Origin: Acidobacteriota bacterium
GTDB taxonomy: Bacteria > Acidobacteriota > UBA6911 > RPQK01 > JAJDTT01
Direction of reading: 5' to 3'
Assembly (NCBI GenBank): GCA_965219855.1
Contig: CBDCOR010000010.1
Location: forward strand, 144,164 to 208,163
DNA length: 64,000 nucleotides
Made by a program: the position numbers and the translations under genes. This document shows positions 47,920 through 58,000 of this stretch, piece after piece. The notes beneath the pieces are model-generated. The model was not told the origin of the DNA, made no database searches, and was given only the letters and a program-made list of their open reading frames with translations. Within the stretch, counting starts at the first letter, position 1; each line of letters begins with the position of its first letter.

Positions 47920-49719
47920 TTACCGTATTGATGAACCAGTGTACTCCGTCACAGCGCCGCGGCTGCTGCGGATGTACTCTTCGAACTCGTCCCGAAATTT
48001 CGTGATATAGGACTGCACCGGCCAGGCGGCCGCGTCCGCGAAGACGCAGATAGTATTTCCCTCCATGTCGCCGGCGATGGAGAGCAGCTCGTCCAGGTCC
48101 TGAACGCTCCCCTGCCCCTGGGCGATACGGTGCACGATGCGATGGACCCAGCCAGTCCCCTCACGGCAGGGCGAGCATTGTCCGCAAGACTCGTCGGCGA
48201 AAAACTTGGCCGCAGACTCGAGTGCCTCGACCATGCAGGTGGTCTCATCCATCACGATCACTCCCCCTGAGCCCGCCATGCTGCCAGCCGCCATGAGAGA
48301 GTCGAAGTCCATGACCACGTCGATCTCATCGGCGGTCAGAATCTTGGCCGAGATGCCCCCGGGGATGACGGCCTTGAGCTTGTTGCCATGAGGTACACCA
48401 CCGGCCATCTCGATCAGCTCCCGCAGGGTCACGCTGACCGGCGCCTCGTAGACGCCGGGCCGCACCACATGTCCGCTCACGCAGAAGAGCCGCGTGCCCC
48501 CTTGCCTGGCTGTCCCAATCTCGGCGAAACGTTCGACTCCGTGGCGCAAAATGAATGGAACACAGCACAGGGTCTCCACATTGTTGACGATGGTAGGGCA
48601 GGAGAACAGACCCTCAATGGCCGGAAAGGGTGGCTTGAGCTTGGGAAAGCCCTTCCCACCCTCGAGCGAAGTAAGGAGCGCGGTCTCTTCCCCGCAGATA
48701 TAAGCCCCGGCGCCGCGGTGAATCACGACCTCCAAATCGAATCCGGTCCCCTGAATATTTTCCCCCAACCATCCTTGGCTATAGGCCTCGTCCAAGGCGC
48801 GTTGTAAGCGCTTGGCCGACCGGAAATACTCGCCCCGAATGTAGACATAGGCCTTGTGGCTTCCGATGGCATAGGCTGAGATGATCATGCCTTCCAGGAG
48901 GGCGTGCGGGTCCCGCTCCATGATGTAGCGGTCCTTGAAGGTACCGGGTTCGCCCTCGTCCGCGTTGACCACGAGATATTTTGGTTTGGTCGTTTCCTTG
49001 GGGACGAAGGACCACTTCCTCCCGGTTGGAAACCCCGCCCCGCCCAGACCTCGTAGGTGCGGTTTAGAAATCTCCTCGATCACTTCTTCCGGGGTCATCG
49101 AGGTGAGAGCTTTCTTGGCCGCGAGATATCCGTCGTCAGCGACGTAGTCTTCAAACCAGGTCCCGTCTGGATCTTTGAAGCGTGTCGAGAGCACCGGGCC
49201 GTCCCTGGAAATGAAGGGTTTCGGCTCAGGCAACGGAGCCGAGTCTTCAGGGTTTTCGAGCGCAGCCTCAAGAACGGTGTCTAGGGTCTCCCCTTCGAGA
49301 GGCCCAATGAAGGTTTGGTCGAGTTGGGCCATGGGCGACATTTCGCAGGCGCAGAGACACTCGACCTCTGTCAGGGTGACCTCCTGCCCTGGGGTGGTTT
49401 CGCCGGGGGAAATCTTCAAATGTTCCTTGATCTGCTCCAGTACCCTTCCGGAACCGCGCAATAGGCAGGGTAGACTGGTGCAGACCCGCAGCTCGCGCCG
49501 GCCCACTGGTTTGGTGTGGAACATGTTGTAGAAGGAGACTGCCTCGCGCACGTGAGAACGGGCCACACCCAGGGTGCGTCCCACCCAAGCCTCTGCCTCC
49601 TGGGAGACGTAACCTTGATTCTCCTGGACCAGCCACAAGAGCGGCAGCATAGCTGCCTTGGGCTGCTCGTAAAGTTGTAGGATCTCCGCGGCCCTCGGCT
49701 CAAGGTCAGAAAGCTTCAC
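47920..49719 (-). CDS. nuoF: Fused NuoE-NuoF (24-kDa thioredoxin-like 2Fe-2S subunit fused to the 51-kDa FMN/NADH-binding subunit), 599 aa
   Basis: N-terminal CTSLPCLLRGS...ECLCACEMSP (NuoE 2Fe-2S ligands). Then GLGGAGFPTGRKW (NADH/FMN site), ...ESCGQCSPCREG (N3 4Fe-4S). A single continuous ORF. Confidence 0.85.
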   Translation of the reverse strand: MKLSDLEPRAAEILQLYEQPKAAMLPLLWLVQENQGYVSQEAEAWVGRTLGVARSHVREAVSFYNMFHTKPVGRRELRVCTSLPCLLRGSGRVLEQIKEHLKISPGETTPGQEVTLTEVECLCACEMSPMAQLDQTFIGPLEGETLDTVLEAALENPEDSAPLPEPKPFISRDGPVLSTRFKDPDGTWFEDYVADDGYLAAKKALTSMTPEEVIEEISKPHLRGLGGAGFPTGRKWSFVPKETTKPKYLVVNADEGEPGTFKDRYIMERDPHALLEGMIISAYAIGSHKAYVYIRGEYFRSAKRLQRALDEAYSQGWLGENIQGTGFDLEVVIHRGAGAYICGEETALLTSLEGGKGFPKLKPPFPAIEGLFSCPTIVNNVETLCCVPFILRHGVERFAEIGTARQGGTRLFCVSGHVVRPGVYEAPVSVTLRELIEMAGGVPHGNKLKAVIPGGISAKILTADEIDVVMDFDSLMAAGSMAGSGGVIVMDETTCMVEALESAAKFFADESCGQCSPCREGTGWVHRIVHRIAQGQGSVQDLDELLSIAGDMEGNTICVFADAAAWPVQSYITKFRDEFEEYIRSSRGAVTEYTGSSIR

Positions 49720-51098
49720 CGGTCGAGCTCCCCTCCAATCATATTGACCGACCCGAAGGTGGGGACCAGGTCGGCTATCATTTCCCCGGCCAGGAGCCTG
49801 GGCAGGGCCGACATGATGGCGAAACAGGGCGGACGAACCCGAACCCGGTAGGGACGACCTGCGCCGTCACTCACCAGGTAGAACCCGAGCTCGCCGTTAG
49901 CTCCTTCCACCGGAAAGTAGACCTCTCCCTGGGGAGGACGCACGCCGTGGCCGAACATCACCAACTTGAAATGGTTCATGAGTCCTTCGATGTTGCCATA
50001 GGTATTTTCCTTGGCGGGGAGGAAGGCCCGCTTTTCGTCGGCCGCTATGGACTGATGCCGGTCGCCACCGGAGCCCTCGAGAGTTGGGTCGGTCACGGCG
50101 CTTCGGCCCGATATGGCCGCGATATTACCCACCTTGGCCAGGTCCACCATCTCCGCAGCTGGGATCGGACGCCCTGTCTCGGGGTCGACCTGGACCGGGC
50201 CGGACGGCATGTCGCGCAGCGCAGTCTCCACGATGCGCATGGACTGCTCCATCTCTTCCATACGCACCAGATAACGATCCATGTTGTCTCCGCGAGTCCC
50301 GACGGGCACGTCGAAAGGCAATCGGTCATAGACGGCGTAGGGGCAGTCCTTGCGGACGTCATAGTCCGCACCGCTGGCGCGAAGAAAGGGGCCAGTAATT
50401 CCGTAGGAGATGGCGTCTTCGGCGGAGATCACACCGGTTCCGTTCATCCGGTCCGTGAAGATACGGTTGCGAGTCAGGAGCCCATCTGCCTCCTCGAGGA
50501 CCTTGCGGGTTTCCTCAAATGCCTTGCGGCAAGGCTCGGCGAAATCGTCAGGGAGGTCGGCCTTCACCCCGCCGACGCGACAGTAGCTGACCGTCAAACG
50601 CGCCCCGGTTACCTTCTCCACCAGCTCCCAGAGATACTCGCGAGCCTTGATCATGTAGAGAAAGACGCTGAAGGCTCCCAACTCCATGGCGGTGGCTCCC
50701 ACGCAGGTGAGGTGGTCTGAGATCCGGGAAATCTCCGAGGTAATGACCCGTACGTAGTGGCAGCGCTCCGGAACCGAGATCCCAAGAAGCTTCTCCACGG
50801 TCATGCAGTAGCCCATGTTGTTGATGAGCGGGGAGACGTAGTTGAGCCGGTCGGTGTAGGGGATAACGCCGTTGTAGTCCACCACCTCCGCCATCTTCTC
50901 AAAGCCGCGGTGGAGGTAACCGATCTCCACTTCGGCCGTCTCGATCTGCTCTCCGTCGAGCCCGGCGAGGATCCGGACGATCCCGTGCATGGCCGGGTGC
51001 GCAGGCCCAATGTTGAGCATCATGTCCCGCGTCTCCAGATCGGCGGTGCTCTTGGGTGTCTGGGATGTCTCCTTGGGGGAGCCTGGATCGAGCGTCAT
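49716..51098 (-). CDS. nuoD: NADH-quinone oxidoreductase subunit D (49 kDa)
   Basis: ETRDMMLNIGPAHPAMHGIVR..., and the C-terminus ...RVRPPCFAIMSALPRLLAGEMIADLVPTFGSVNMIGGELDR. Contains an insertion relative to typical NuoD. Confidence 0.9.
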   Translation of the reverse strand: MTLDPGSPKETSQTPKSTADLETRDMMLNIGPAHPAMHGIVRILAGLDGEQIETAEVEIGYLHRGFEKMAEVVDYNGVIPYTDRLNYVSPLINNMGYCMTVEKLLGISVPERCHYVRVITSEISRISDHLTCVGATAMELGAFSVFLYMIKAREYLWELVEKVTGARLTVSYCRVGGVKADLPDDFAEPCRKAFEETRKVLEEADGLLTRNRIFTDRMNGTGVISAEDAISYGITGPFLRASGADYDVRKDCPYAVYDRLPFDVPVGTRGDNMDRYLVRMEEMEQSMRIVETALRDMPSGPVQVDPETGRPIPAAEMVDLAKVGNIAAISGRSAVTDPTLEGSGGDRHQSIAADEKRAFLPAKENTYGNIEGLMNHFKLVMFGHGVRPPQGEVYFPVEGANGELGFYLVSDGAGRPYRVRVRPPCFAIMSALPRLLAGEMIADLVPTFGSVNMIGGELDR

Positions 51099-51159
51099 CG
51101 ATCCGACACAGGCGGGCAACTATTGAGATTGATTAGGGATTCGGAACTTGAGATTTTCA

Positions 51160-51741
51160 TCAGTTGACTGGTCCTATCAGGGGTTGCCGCTTGTTGACGG
51201 GGTAGTCCTTACGCAGCGGGTGACCTTCAAACTCTTCGTACATGAGGATGCGCTTCAGATCCGGATGCCCCTGGAATCGGATCCCGAACATGTCCCAAAC
51301 CTCTCGCTCCAGCCAGTCGGCTCCCGCCCACAGTTCGGTCAAAGAATCCACCTCGGGCTCGGCCTCCTGAACGGGCACCACCAGCCGCAGCCGGTGCTTG
51401 TGCTGCAGAGAGTAGAAGTGGTAGACGACCACGAAGCGTGTCTCCCCCGGAGGCCCGGGCCAGGGGTCCTCATCCGGAATCTGGGCTGAGGGCCTTAGCG
51501 CTACACCGGAAGAGGCGAAGAAAGCCGGCGCCGGACTCTCGCCGAGAGTAGAGTAGTCCACGGCGGTCAAGTCCATCAGAAAATTCATCTGCAAGGCCGG
51601 GTCCTCTTTCAGAAACCGCGCCACCTCGAGTAGAAACTCCCGGTGCAGAACCACGGTTGCGTCGCCCCGGTAGCTGTGGGAAGCCGACACCGCATCGGGG
51701 AAGTGGCTGCTGACAGACTCAATTAAAGAAGGGGTATTCAT
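51160..51741 (-). CDS. nuoC: NADH-quinone oxidoreductase subunit C (30 kDa)
   Basis: ...ELWAGADWLEREVWDMFGIRFQGHPDLKRILM... Confidence 0.85.
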   Translation of the reverse strand: MNTPSLIESVSSHFPDAVSASHSYRGDATVVLHREFLLEVARFLKEDPALQMNFLMDLTAVDYSTLGESPAPAFFASSGVALRPSAQIPDEDPWPGPPGETRFVVVYHFYSLQHKHRLRLVVPVQEAEPEVDSLTELWAGADWLEREVWDMFGIRFQGHPDLKRILMYEEFEGHPLRKDYPVNKRQPLIGPVN

Positions 51742-52241
51742 GTTTCCAGGAGGACCGGGCGAGGTTCGGGTGCGGTGGGTCGGCCGCTACTGTGCTGGTT
51801 CTGGATCTTGTCCTGGAGCTTCATCAGTCCGTCAAGAACGTTCTCGGGCCGCGGGGGGCAGCCGGGAATGTAGACATCCACCGGTATGATCGTATCGATA
51901 CCCATCACGGTTGCGTAATTGTCATAGAAGCCGCCGGTGCAGGTGCAGACTCCAAAGGCAACAACCCACTTGGGCTCGGCCATCTGGTCGTGGATGCGTT
52001 TCAAGACCGGCGCCATCTTGTGACTGATCGTGCCTACCACAAAAAGCACGTCCGCCTGACGCGGGGAAAATCTGGGCAGTCCCGCTCCGAAGCGGTCGAC
52101 ATCGTAGTGAGAACAGGCCGTGGCCATGTACTCCATGCCGCAGCAGGCGGTCACGAAGGGATACTGGAAGATCGAAAACTTCCGGGCCCAGCCCAGGGCC
52201 TCGTTGAGGCGACTGGTCAAGAACGTCGAATCGCTCAGCAT
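51738..52241 (-). CDS. nuoB: NADH-quinone oxidoreductase subunit B (20 kDa, N2 cluster)
   Basis: CCGMEYMATACSHYDVDRFG, ...CTCTGGFYD..., GCPPRPE. Confidence 0.9.
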   Translation of the reverse strand: MLSDSTFLTSRLNEALGWARKFSIFQYPFVTACCGMEYMATACSHYDVDRFGAGLPRFSPRQADVLFVVGTISHKMAPVLKRIHDQMAEPKWVVAFGVCTCTGGFYDNYATVMGIDTIIPVDVYIPGCPPRPENVLDGLMKLQDKIQNQHSSGRPTAPEPRPVLLET

Positions 52242-52242
52242 G

Positions 52243-52596
52243 TTACTGCCACTCCAGGGCTCCGTTGTCCCAAGCGTAGACGAAGCCCACCATCAGGATC
52301 CCGAGAAAGATCCCCATTTCCACCAGACCCAACATCCCCAGCGTGCGGTAGATCACGGCCCAGGGATAGAGGAAGACCAGCTCCACGTCGAATAGGATGA
52401 ACAGGATCGCGGTCAGATAGAACTTGACCGCCAATCTGCCGCCGGGAAGGGAAAGGGGGCTCTTTCCACACTCGAACGGCTCTGATTTCACGGACGAGGG
52501 CTTCTTCTGCCCCAGCGTGGACGCCAAAAAAACCATCGCTCCCGTGAGTCCAGCGGCCAGTACAAAACAGACCGCAATCCCGATGTACTCGCTCAT
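52243..52596 (-). CDS. nuoA: NADH-quinone oxidoreductase subunit A
   Basis: 117 aa, 3 TM helices, ...[11 protein letters not shown]...[13 protein letters not shown]. Confidence 0.85.
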   Translation of the reverse strand: MSEYIGIAVCFVLAAGLTGAMVFLASTLGQKKPSSVKSEPFECGKSPLSLPGGRLAVKFYLTAILFILFDVELVFLYPWAVIYRTLGMLGLVEMGIFLGILMVGFVYAWDNGALEWQ

Positions 52597-52894
52597 AGTC
52601 GAACCACATTATACACAATACGGCATTGCCACAATACACATGAAAGAGATCCAGTCCAAGGGGTCTTAATCTAGCCAACTATCTAACATAACTCATTCTT
52701 TATCAATAGAATGTAAGCGCTAGGTGCTGCCAACTATTCCACATACCAGCACCCAGGTAGGAAATCTGGGTACCCCATCCACAAACCCTGCTGGATTCCC
52801 TCCAACTCGCCCAATCCGGCCGCCCCTCAACCGCACAGTTCTGGGTGATAGAAGCTTATCTTCTCTTTTGTGACAGGCTGGAGATTCAACGGTC
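52597..52894 (-). promoter_or_regulatory. Lower-GC intergenic region upstream of nuoA (probable promoter/leader of the nuoA-I block)
   Basis: AT-enriched 300 bp between divergent/tandem genes. No motif assigned. Confidence 0.3.
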
Positions 52895-53329
52895 CTATGG
52901 CACTCCCGTAATGTAATTCTCAAGCTGCTTTATCGTGAATTCCTGTTCAGAAATGATCGCTTTAACAACATCCCCGATTGAAATCACGCCAACCACGTTG
53001 TCGCTTTCGAGTACAGGGAGGTGGCGGATACGCTTATCCGTCATTAAGGCCATACATTCTTCGATAGTCTGTTCAGGACGGACGTAGAACACTTGTAGGC
53101 TCATGATTTCCCTGACGAGTGTATCCTTAGAAGCTTTGCCTCTTAGAATGACCTTTCTGGCGTAATCCCGTTCAGAGAAAATGCCCACCAACTTGTCTTC
53201 TTCAAGTACCAGTAGGGCCCCGACATTCTTGTCGGCCATCAGTTCTAGGGCATCAAAGACTAAGATCTCGGGTGTAACCGACCAGATCTCGTGTCCTTTA
53301 GTTTGTAAGAGCTGATTGACGCTTTCCAT
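52895..53329 (-). CDS. CBS-pair domain protein (144 aa)
   Basis: Two CBS motifs (…VGALLVLEEDKLVGIFSERD… and …IRHLPVLESDNVVGVISIGDV…). Confidence 0.8.
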   Translation of the reverse strand: MESVNQLLQTKGHEIWSVTPEILVFDALELMADKNVGALLVLEEDKLVGIFSERDYARKVILRGKASKDTLVREIMSLQVFYVRPEQTIEECMALMTDKRIRHLPVLESDNVVGVISIGDVVKAIISEQEFTIKQLENYITGVP

Positions 53330-53412
53330 GGCTTAACTCCTCTGTTCGTATAGCCGGAGGGAGTTGCGTAACATCGAGCGCATCATGCGTGAGAATCTGG
53401 AGACCCTGAGGA

Positions 53413-53724
53413 ATGAATGGGATGGATTCTGCAGTGATTACACTCACACTGCCTAGAGTTGTCAGTGTAACGGTGACAGACGACACGTTGTCTGTAGAGC
53501 TTGAAGACGGTCGTACGATCGCAATTCCTATCGGCTCGTATCCGCGTCTAGCGTATGGGATACCGGTTGAGCGAGCAAATTTTCAGATTAGTGGCGCCGG
53601 TTATGGAATCCATTGGCCGGATCTCGACGAGGATATCGGCGTTGAGGGAATACTTTTGGGTAAGAGATCCACGGAAAGTGCGGCCTCGTTAGAGCGATGG
53701 CTGCAAGGACGCCAGAAGAAGTAG
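53413..53724 (+). CDS. DUF2442-family small protein
   Basis: ...DGRTIAIPIGSYPRLAYGIPVERANFQISGAGYGIHWPDLDEDIGVEGILLG is the DUF2442 signature (GIHWPxLDEDI). No DUF4160 partner detected. Confidence 0.65.
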   Translation: MNGMDSAVITLTLPRVVSVTVTDDTLSVELEDGRTIAIPIGSYPRLAYGIPVERANFQISGAGYGIHWPDLDEDIGVEGILLGKRSTESAASLERWLQGRQKK

Positions 53725-53904
53725 CGGCATCCAAAGCAGCCTGATATTTCGCCAAGCTTGTGGTCCCCGTCCGCGTAGATCTTTATGGCACCCTTTGGCG
53801 ACATCAAAACCCAGTGCTGGGCTAAGGCAGACCCCCATCAAGTAGGACGCCTCCAGGATCGCTAGCCACGCTAGCCCGGGATGAGGAAGCTGGTGTCGAG
53901 GTAA

Positions 53905-54225
53905 TCACCCGTTCGCGACCTCTCGGCGCCGGGAGCCGCTGCCACGCTCATCCCTGGTCCGCCTCGCCCAATCACTGGCACCGGCGCTGGTAAGATCGAG
54001 AGATCGCTGCAACTTCTCGAGTGCCGCAACCGCCTGGCTCTGCTCACTCGAGCTCTCGCTGGCGGCGGCACGGATCGCCCGTCGAAGAGCCTCCGACTTC
54101 GTGATACTCAGACGGCTCGCCATCCTCTCGAGCTTCCGGACCGTCTCCACGTCCAGCGAGTAGGTTGACTTGATCGTGGTTCTGACCATATCCAACAGAG
54201 TATGGCCATACTCTGACTTTGTCAA
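53905..54225 (-). CDS. Ribbon-helix-helix (CopG/Arc-type) DNA-binding protein, antitoxin-like, with a Ser/Arg-rich C-terminal extension
   Basis: ...LDVETVRKLERMASRLSITKSEALRRAIRAAA... No toxin gene downstream. Confidence 0.6.
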   Translation of the reverse strand: MTKSEYGHTLLDMVRTTIKSTYSLDVETVRKLERMASRLSITKSEALRRAIRAAASESSSEQSQAVAALEKLQRSLDLTSAGASDWARRTRDERGSGSRRREVANG

Positions 54226-54315
54226 AATCCATGACTGACAGCTTAAACGAAGTCTCAGCTTAGTCCCACCCCCAGTGGAGCTGGCGCCATTCGAGCATGA
54301 AACTCCGGGTCCCGG

Positions 54316-56344
54316 CGATAGGGTAGGGAAGCACGGTCACCCGGCTCCCCTCCCTCCGAACTGCACGTGCGATTCTCCCGCATACAGCTCTCCAGTCAGT
54401 AGGTTCCTATGGATTGGACGAAACGGATATGGGCGTCAGTCAGGCTCGTGAACCCATGATCCGTAAAGAAGGCGTTGGGCCAACGGTGATTTCGACAGAG
54501 GCGTTTTCTATTCTTCCGGTTGCGCTTCAGAAGCAGGCGTCGCAAACGACGACGGATCAGACCGTCGTAGTCCTTGAAGATGTTCCAATGACAGTGCCGG
54601 AAGTAGTTGAACCAGCCTTGCGTCGAGCGATTGAGCCGCTGGAGGATGACCTCCAGCGAGTCGCCCGACTTGCGCGGCGTCAGCTCGTGAATGCGCTCGA
54701 CGAACTTTCGGTGGCTCTTCGCTCGTGGAAACCGAAAACGGCCTCGGAACGAATCGCCCAAGAACGAAAAGCTCTTCTCTCGCGAGTCCACGATGTGTGT
54801 CTTCTCGGGATGCAGTCTCAGCCCGTTGTCCTCCACCCAGTCCCGCCCTTCGGCCAGGGCCGCTTCAGCCTCCTCGGGTGCGCGACACAGCAGGACAAAG
54901 TCATCCGCGTAGCGCACCATCTGGAAGCCCAGATCGGCCATCCGATGGTCCAGGGGATTGAGGTAGGCATTCGACAACACCGGAGAAAGAACGGCGCCTT
55001 GGGGGACTCCGGCTTCCGGAATCCACTTACGCAGCTCTTCCAGTATCCCCTGATTCAGAAACAGCTGAACCAGGCCCAGCACGCGGCGATCCGATATCTT
55101 CTGTTGGATCAGGTCCAACAGTCGATCTTTCGGGATCGTATCGAAGTAACCCTTCAGATCCGCGTCGACGACATACACATAACCGGCTTCGAGCAGCTCT
55201 TCGACGTACCGCAGTGCGCCGTGGCACCCTCGCCCATGACGAAAGCCGTAGCTTCGATCATGGAACGTGGCCTCCAGAATCGGCTCGATCCCGTGGACCA
55301 AAGCCGTTTGCACGACTCGATCCCGCACGGTCGGAATCCCCAGCGGTCGCTTTTCCGAACTGCCTGTTTTGGGAATCCACCTCCGCAGCACCGCTGCCGG
55401 ACGATAGGTCCCCTCACGCAGTTCTTCCTGCAACCATTCGAGTTCCTCCCGCTCGTGTTCGGCGAAATCCCCCCACGTTTGCCGGTCCACTCCCGCCGCT
55501 CCTTTCCTGCCCAAGACCTTCTCGGCCGAGCTGGAAAGGTTCCGGCTGCAAAACACCTTATCGATCAGCGTGTGCCATTTCCCTCCTCTCACCTTTCCTT
55601 TCAAAAGTGTCTCCAACATGCGATCCGTCCAAACCGCGCGATGAGCCCACTGTTCGATGCCAGCGGGCTCTCCAGCCGGGCTAGCCGAAAACGGCACTGT
55701 GACCGGGATGTAGTCCCGCCTTTGGGCGGAGTTACGTTTCCGCGATTTAGTCATTTCGCATCTACCTTCCTGCTCCCCTTCGCTCCACCGCGTTTTGCTG
55801 CACGGCTTCCCCGCTACTATGGGAGCTCTGACTTCTGTCGAGCCGCTTCAACCGACCTCACCGGTATCGCCAGGTTCGCTCCCCTTCGGCGGGCGATACT
55901 GCACCGCGGGCCTGGGCCATTGCTCACGCAGCGTCCCCCACTGCGAGCTCTCACGATGGGTCGTCCACGTCCCTCACCCGACAGATCTCCCTGCTTATCT
56001 CGTTTGACCTTCCGACCTCTCCATCTCCAACCACCGCATTGCCATTTCGTCACGGTCGCTTTGTCACGTTACTTCACCGCCGTGACTTGCCGCGTCTATC
56101 CCCCCGGGCAGACCGTTCAGGTCGGAGGGATAGCCGTCGCGCGGTCAAGGGTTCGGGCTTTGCCAGGACCCTCCCCGACAGGCTTGGCCGAATCGAGTTC
56201 ACTTGCGTTACGGATTGGTCGTTCGTCTCAGGTTGCTCTCCACCCTTCCTCACGGAAACGCAGTTACCACTGTCGACTTCAGGCCGGTAACGTTAGCCTG
56301 GAAGGGACTTTCACCCTTCTGATCAAACGCCTTCACAGGCGCAC
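54316..56344 (-). mobile_element. Group II intron (IIC-like), copy 3, 2029 nt, inserted after the terminator-like element downstream of nuoN
   Basis: Same internal offsets as copies 1 and 2. The IEP is identical to copy 1. Confidence 0.8.
54396..55754 (-). CDS. Group II intron RT/maturase (copy 3)
   Basis: Identical to 21511..22869. Confidence 0.9.
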   Translation of the reverse strand: MTKSRKRNSAQRRDYIPVTVPFSASPAGEPAGIEQWAHRAVWTDRMLETLLKGKVRGGKWHTLIDKVFCSRNLSSSAEKVLGRKGAAGVDRQTWGDFAEHEREELEWLQEELREGTYRPAAVLRRWIPKTGSSEKRPLGIPTVRDRVVQTALVHGIEPILEATFHDRSYGFRHGRGCHGALRYVEELLEAGYVYVVDADLKGYFDTIPKDRLLDLIQQKISDRRVLGLVQLFLNQGILEELRKWIPEAGVPQGAVLSPVLSNAYLNPLDHRMADLGFQMVRYADDFVLLCRAPEEAEAALAEGRDWVEDNGLRLHPEKTHIVDSREKSFSFLGDSFRGRFRFPRAKSHRKFVERIHELTPRKSGDSLEVILQRLNRSTQGWFNYFRHCHWNIFKDYDGLIRRRLRRLLLKRNRKNRKRLCRNHRWPNAFFTDHGFTSLTDAHIRFVQSIGTY

Positions 56345-56419
56345 TAGCGGTGGCCTCCAGGCCGCCGTCCGAGCCAAAGCCTCAGAAGAATAAGACTTCG
56401 GCCTGGAGGCCAAAGCTAC
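56345..56419. repeat. Palindromic terminator-like element; 5' exon of intron copy 3; probable terminator of the nuoJ-N block
   Basis: GGCCTCCAGGCCGCCGTCCGAGCCAAAGCCTCAGAAGAATAAGACTTCGGCCTGGAGGCC, ~160 nt downstream of the nuoN stop on the minus strand. Confidence 0.65.
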
Positions 56420-56578
56420 GGCCGATCGCACTGTCGGGAGAATGGAGACGTACGACCTGTGACTTGCGGCCTTTCCTCGTAAACGCGAACGAAAGAGTCG
56501 GCCGCCGAGAACCAGTTATCATCCAACGGGCCGAAGTCTCGGCCCGACCAAGGCAGGGAATCGATCTAATTGCGGTCA

Positions 56579-58000
56579 TCACGGCGCCACCGCCCAGAAG
56601 GTGAGGCTGCCGGGTAGGATCCCTCCGACGACCGTGACCAGCGCGGCCACCGCCAGCGCCGCAGACACCGCCCAGGGGCAGCGCGAAGGCTCCGGCAGCT
56701 GCGGTTCCCTCATGTACATGAACACGGCGACACGCAGGTAGACGAAGGCCGAGATTACGCTGCAGACCACGGCCAGGACTGCCAGCGCCAGATGGCCTTC
56801 GCGTACCACGCTCAGGATGACGACGAACTTGGCCGCGAAGCCGGCCGTGGGCGGGATGCCGGTCAGGGACAAGAGGAAGAGGAGCATGAGGGCTGCGGTC
56901 AGGGGCCTTTGAGAGGCCAGGCCCTGGAAGCCGTCCAGACTCTCCCCCCGCTGGCCCAGCGCGATGACAACGCCAAAGGCTCCCAGCGTCATGAAGACAT
57001 AAAGGAAGGCATAAGTCATGGTGGCTGAGGCCCCTTCCGGCGTTCCGGAAATGAAGCCCAAGAGGGCGTAGCCGGCATGGGCAATCGAGGAATACGCCAA
57101 GAGGCGTTTCATGTCCGTTTGGGACAGGGCGATGATGCTGCCGGCGATTATGGAAAGCGCGGCCAGCCCTACCAGAATCAGGGACAAGAGACGGGCTTCC
57201 GAGGCGAACGCGACCAGGCAGACCCGTCCCAGCGCGGCTAAACCGGCGGCCTTGGTGGCGGTAGCCAAGAAAGCCGTGACCGGGGCGCTCGCACCCTGGT
57301 AAGCGTCCGGTGTCCAGGCGTGAAACGGCACCGCCGCAATCTTAAAGGCAAGCCCGGCGGCCGACAGGCCTATCGCCGCTAATAGAATCGGATTGCCTCC
57401 CAGTCCGCCCTCGGAGAGAGCCGAGGCAATGGCTGTAAAGCTCGTCGCACCCGTGACTCCGTAGACCAAGGCAATACCGTAGAGGAGGACGGCCGAAGAG
57501 AAGGAAGCCAGCAGGAAGTATTTGATTGCTCCCTCGTTTGAGGTTGGCCTCTCCACCGTGATCCCGACCAGACTGTAGGAGCAAAGTGTCATGAGCTCCA
57601 GGCCCAGGTACAAGGTCAAGAGATCCAGGGCTGAGACCGCGAACATCATCCCCGTCGAAGCCAACACGAGCAGGGCATGGTATTCGGCGGGCCGAACATG
57701 CTCCGTGTCGATGCGCCTCACGGAAAGGAGTGCCGCCAGAGCCAGGGTAGAGGCGATGAGGACCTTGAAGAATTGGGAATAGCCGTCCAAGGTGATCATG
57801 CCCCCGAACCCGGTCTTGGGGCCTCCCGACAAGAGCCAGCCCGAGGCGAAGGCTGCCGCCAGGGCAGCCAGAACCGTCCCAGCCGCAACCACGGGCGCCT
57901 GCTGGACCCGGCGCGCCACCAGGATCAGCACCAATGCCGTGCTGACCAGAATCAGCTCCGGCCAGAGCAGAGCTAGGTCAGTCAGGTTCGCGCCATTCAT
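56579..58000 (-). CDS. nuoN: NADH-quinone oxidoreductase subunit N
   Basis: 473-aa antiporter-like subunit, last in the block. N-terminal LLWPELILV... Confidence 0.85.
   Translation of the reverse strand: MNGANLTDLALLWPELILVSTALVLILVARRVQQAPVVAAGTVLAALAAAFASGWLLSGGPKTGFGGMITLDGYSQFFKVLIASTLALAALLSVRRIDTEHVRPAEYHALLVLASTGMMFAVSALDLLTLYLGLELMTLCSYSLVGITVERPTSNEGAIKYFLLASFSSAVLLYGIALVYGVTGATSFTAIASALSEGGLGGNPILLAAIGLSAAGLAFKIAAVPFHAWTPDAYQGASAPVTAFLATATKAAGLAALGRVCLVAFASEARLLSLILVGLAALSIIAGSIIALSQTDMKRLLAYSSIAHAGYALLGFISGTPEGASATMTYAFLYVFMTLGAFGVVIALGQRGESLDGFQGLASQRPLTAALMLLFLLSLTGIPPTAGFAAKFVVILSVVREGHLALAVLAVVCSVISAFVYLRVAVFMYMREPQLPEPSRCPWAVSAALAVAALVTVVGGILPGSLTFWAVAP

Noticed and set aside
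20846-56419. CRISPR array or integron attC interpretation of the palindromic repeat family
   Set aside because: Copies are tens of kb apart with no regular spacing and no cas or intI gene. They lack the attC core sites. They behave as terminator-like REP elements.
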